Virus record (IMG/VR): IMGVR_UViG_3300046777_001715
Span: 32,001 to 96,000 of that record
DNA length: 64,000 bases
Strand: one strand, 5' to 3'
DNA from: a virus
The position numbers were made by a program, and so were the translations under genes. Under the pieces are notes generated by a model. The model had not been told where the DNA came from. It saw only the letters and a program-made list of their open reading frames with translations, and made no database searches. Shown here in pieces: positions 63,928 through 64,000 of the stretch. How positions within the stretch are numbered: the first letter of the stretch is position 1; every line of letters starts with the position of its first letter.

Positions 63928-64000
63928 TTGACTGGAAAGGTTAAACTTCTCTTAACCAGCCTTATTGTTATAGGCTGGCTTTTCCTTTTTGGGCCAACTA
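63928..64000 (+). CDS. Start of a secreted or membrane protein (truncated by the window end)
   Basis: SD plus TTG start; MTGKVKLLLTSLIVIGWLFLFGPT is signal-peptide-like. Confidence 0.55.
   Translation, partial: MTGKVKLLLTSLIVIGWLFLFGPT

Noticed and set aside
1-64000. Stop-codon reassignment
   Set aside because: Standard code 11 gives dense tiling, TAA, TAG and TGA all end genes, and no suppressor tRNA is present.
1-64000. Prophage, integrase or IS elements
   Set aside because: No integrase, transposase, att-like boundary or host housekeeping block in the window; lifestyle cannot be settled from this segment.

Overview
A 64-kb segment of a large, AT-rich, tailed dsDNA phage of siphovirus type (tape measure of about 2,100 aa, no sheath). 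All credible genes lie on the + strand and are densely packed, often with TAATG or ATGA overlaps. Layout: (1) 1-15.8 kb, an array of paralogous fibre, adhesin and chaperone genes (Gly-rich, LamG, PASTA+FN3), interrupted by an accessory cassette whose core is a U32-family Fe-S enzyme fused to a SAM methyltransferase, plus a DUF401-like membrane protein; (2) 15.8-43.8 kb, portal, protease/scaffold, capsid, head-tail, tail tube, frameshifted tail chaperone, tape measure and tail tip/fibre genes; (3) 43.9-58.1 kb, replication and recombination (DnaB, primase, SSB, DnaE, RecA, Cas4-like, RuvC, MazG); (4) 58.1-64 kb, terminase, two tRNAs, candidate structured ncRNAs, CHAP lysin, Hsp20, 2OG-Fe(II) oxygenase, thermonuclease and FmdB. 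Gene content, PASTA domains and leaderless promoters suggest a low-GC, possibly freshwater, actinobacterial host (inference). The strongest candidates for something undescribed are the U32-methyltransferase cassette, two intergenic structured RNAs, the PASTA virion-type protein and a cargo-like insert in the tape measure. All family calls come from motif recognition by eye; no database searches were run.
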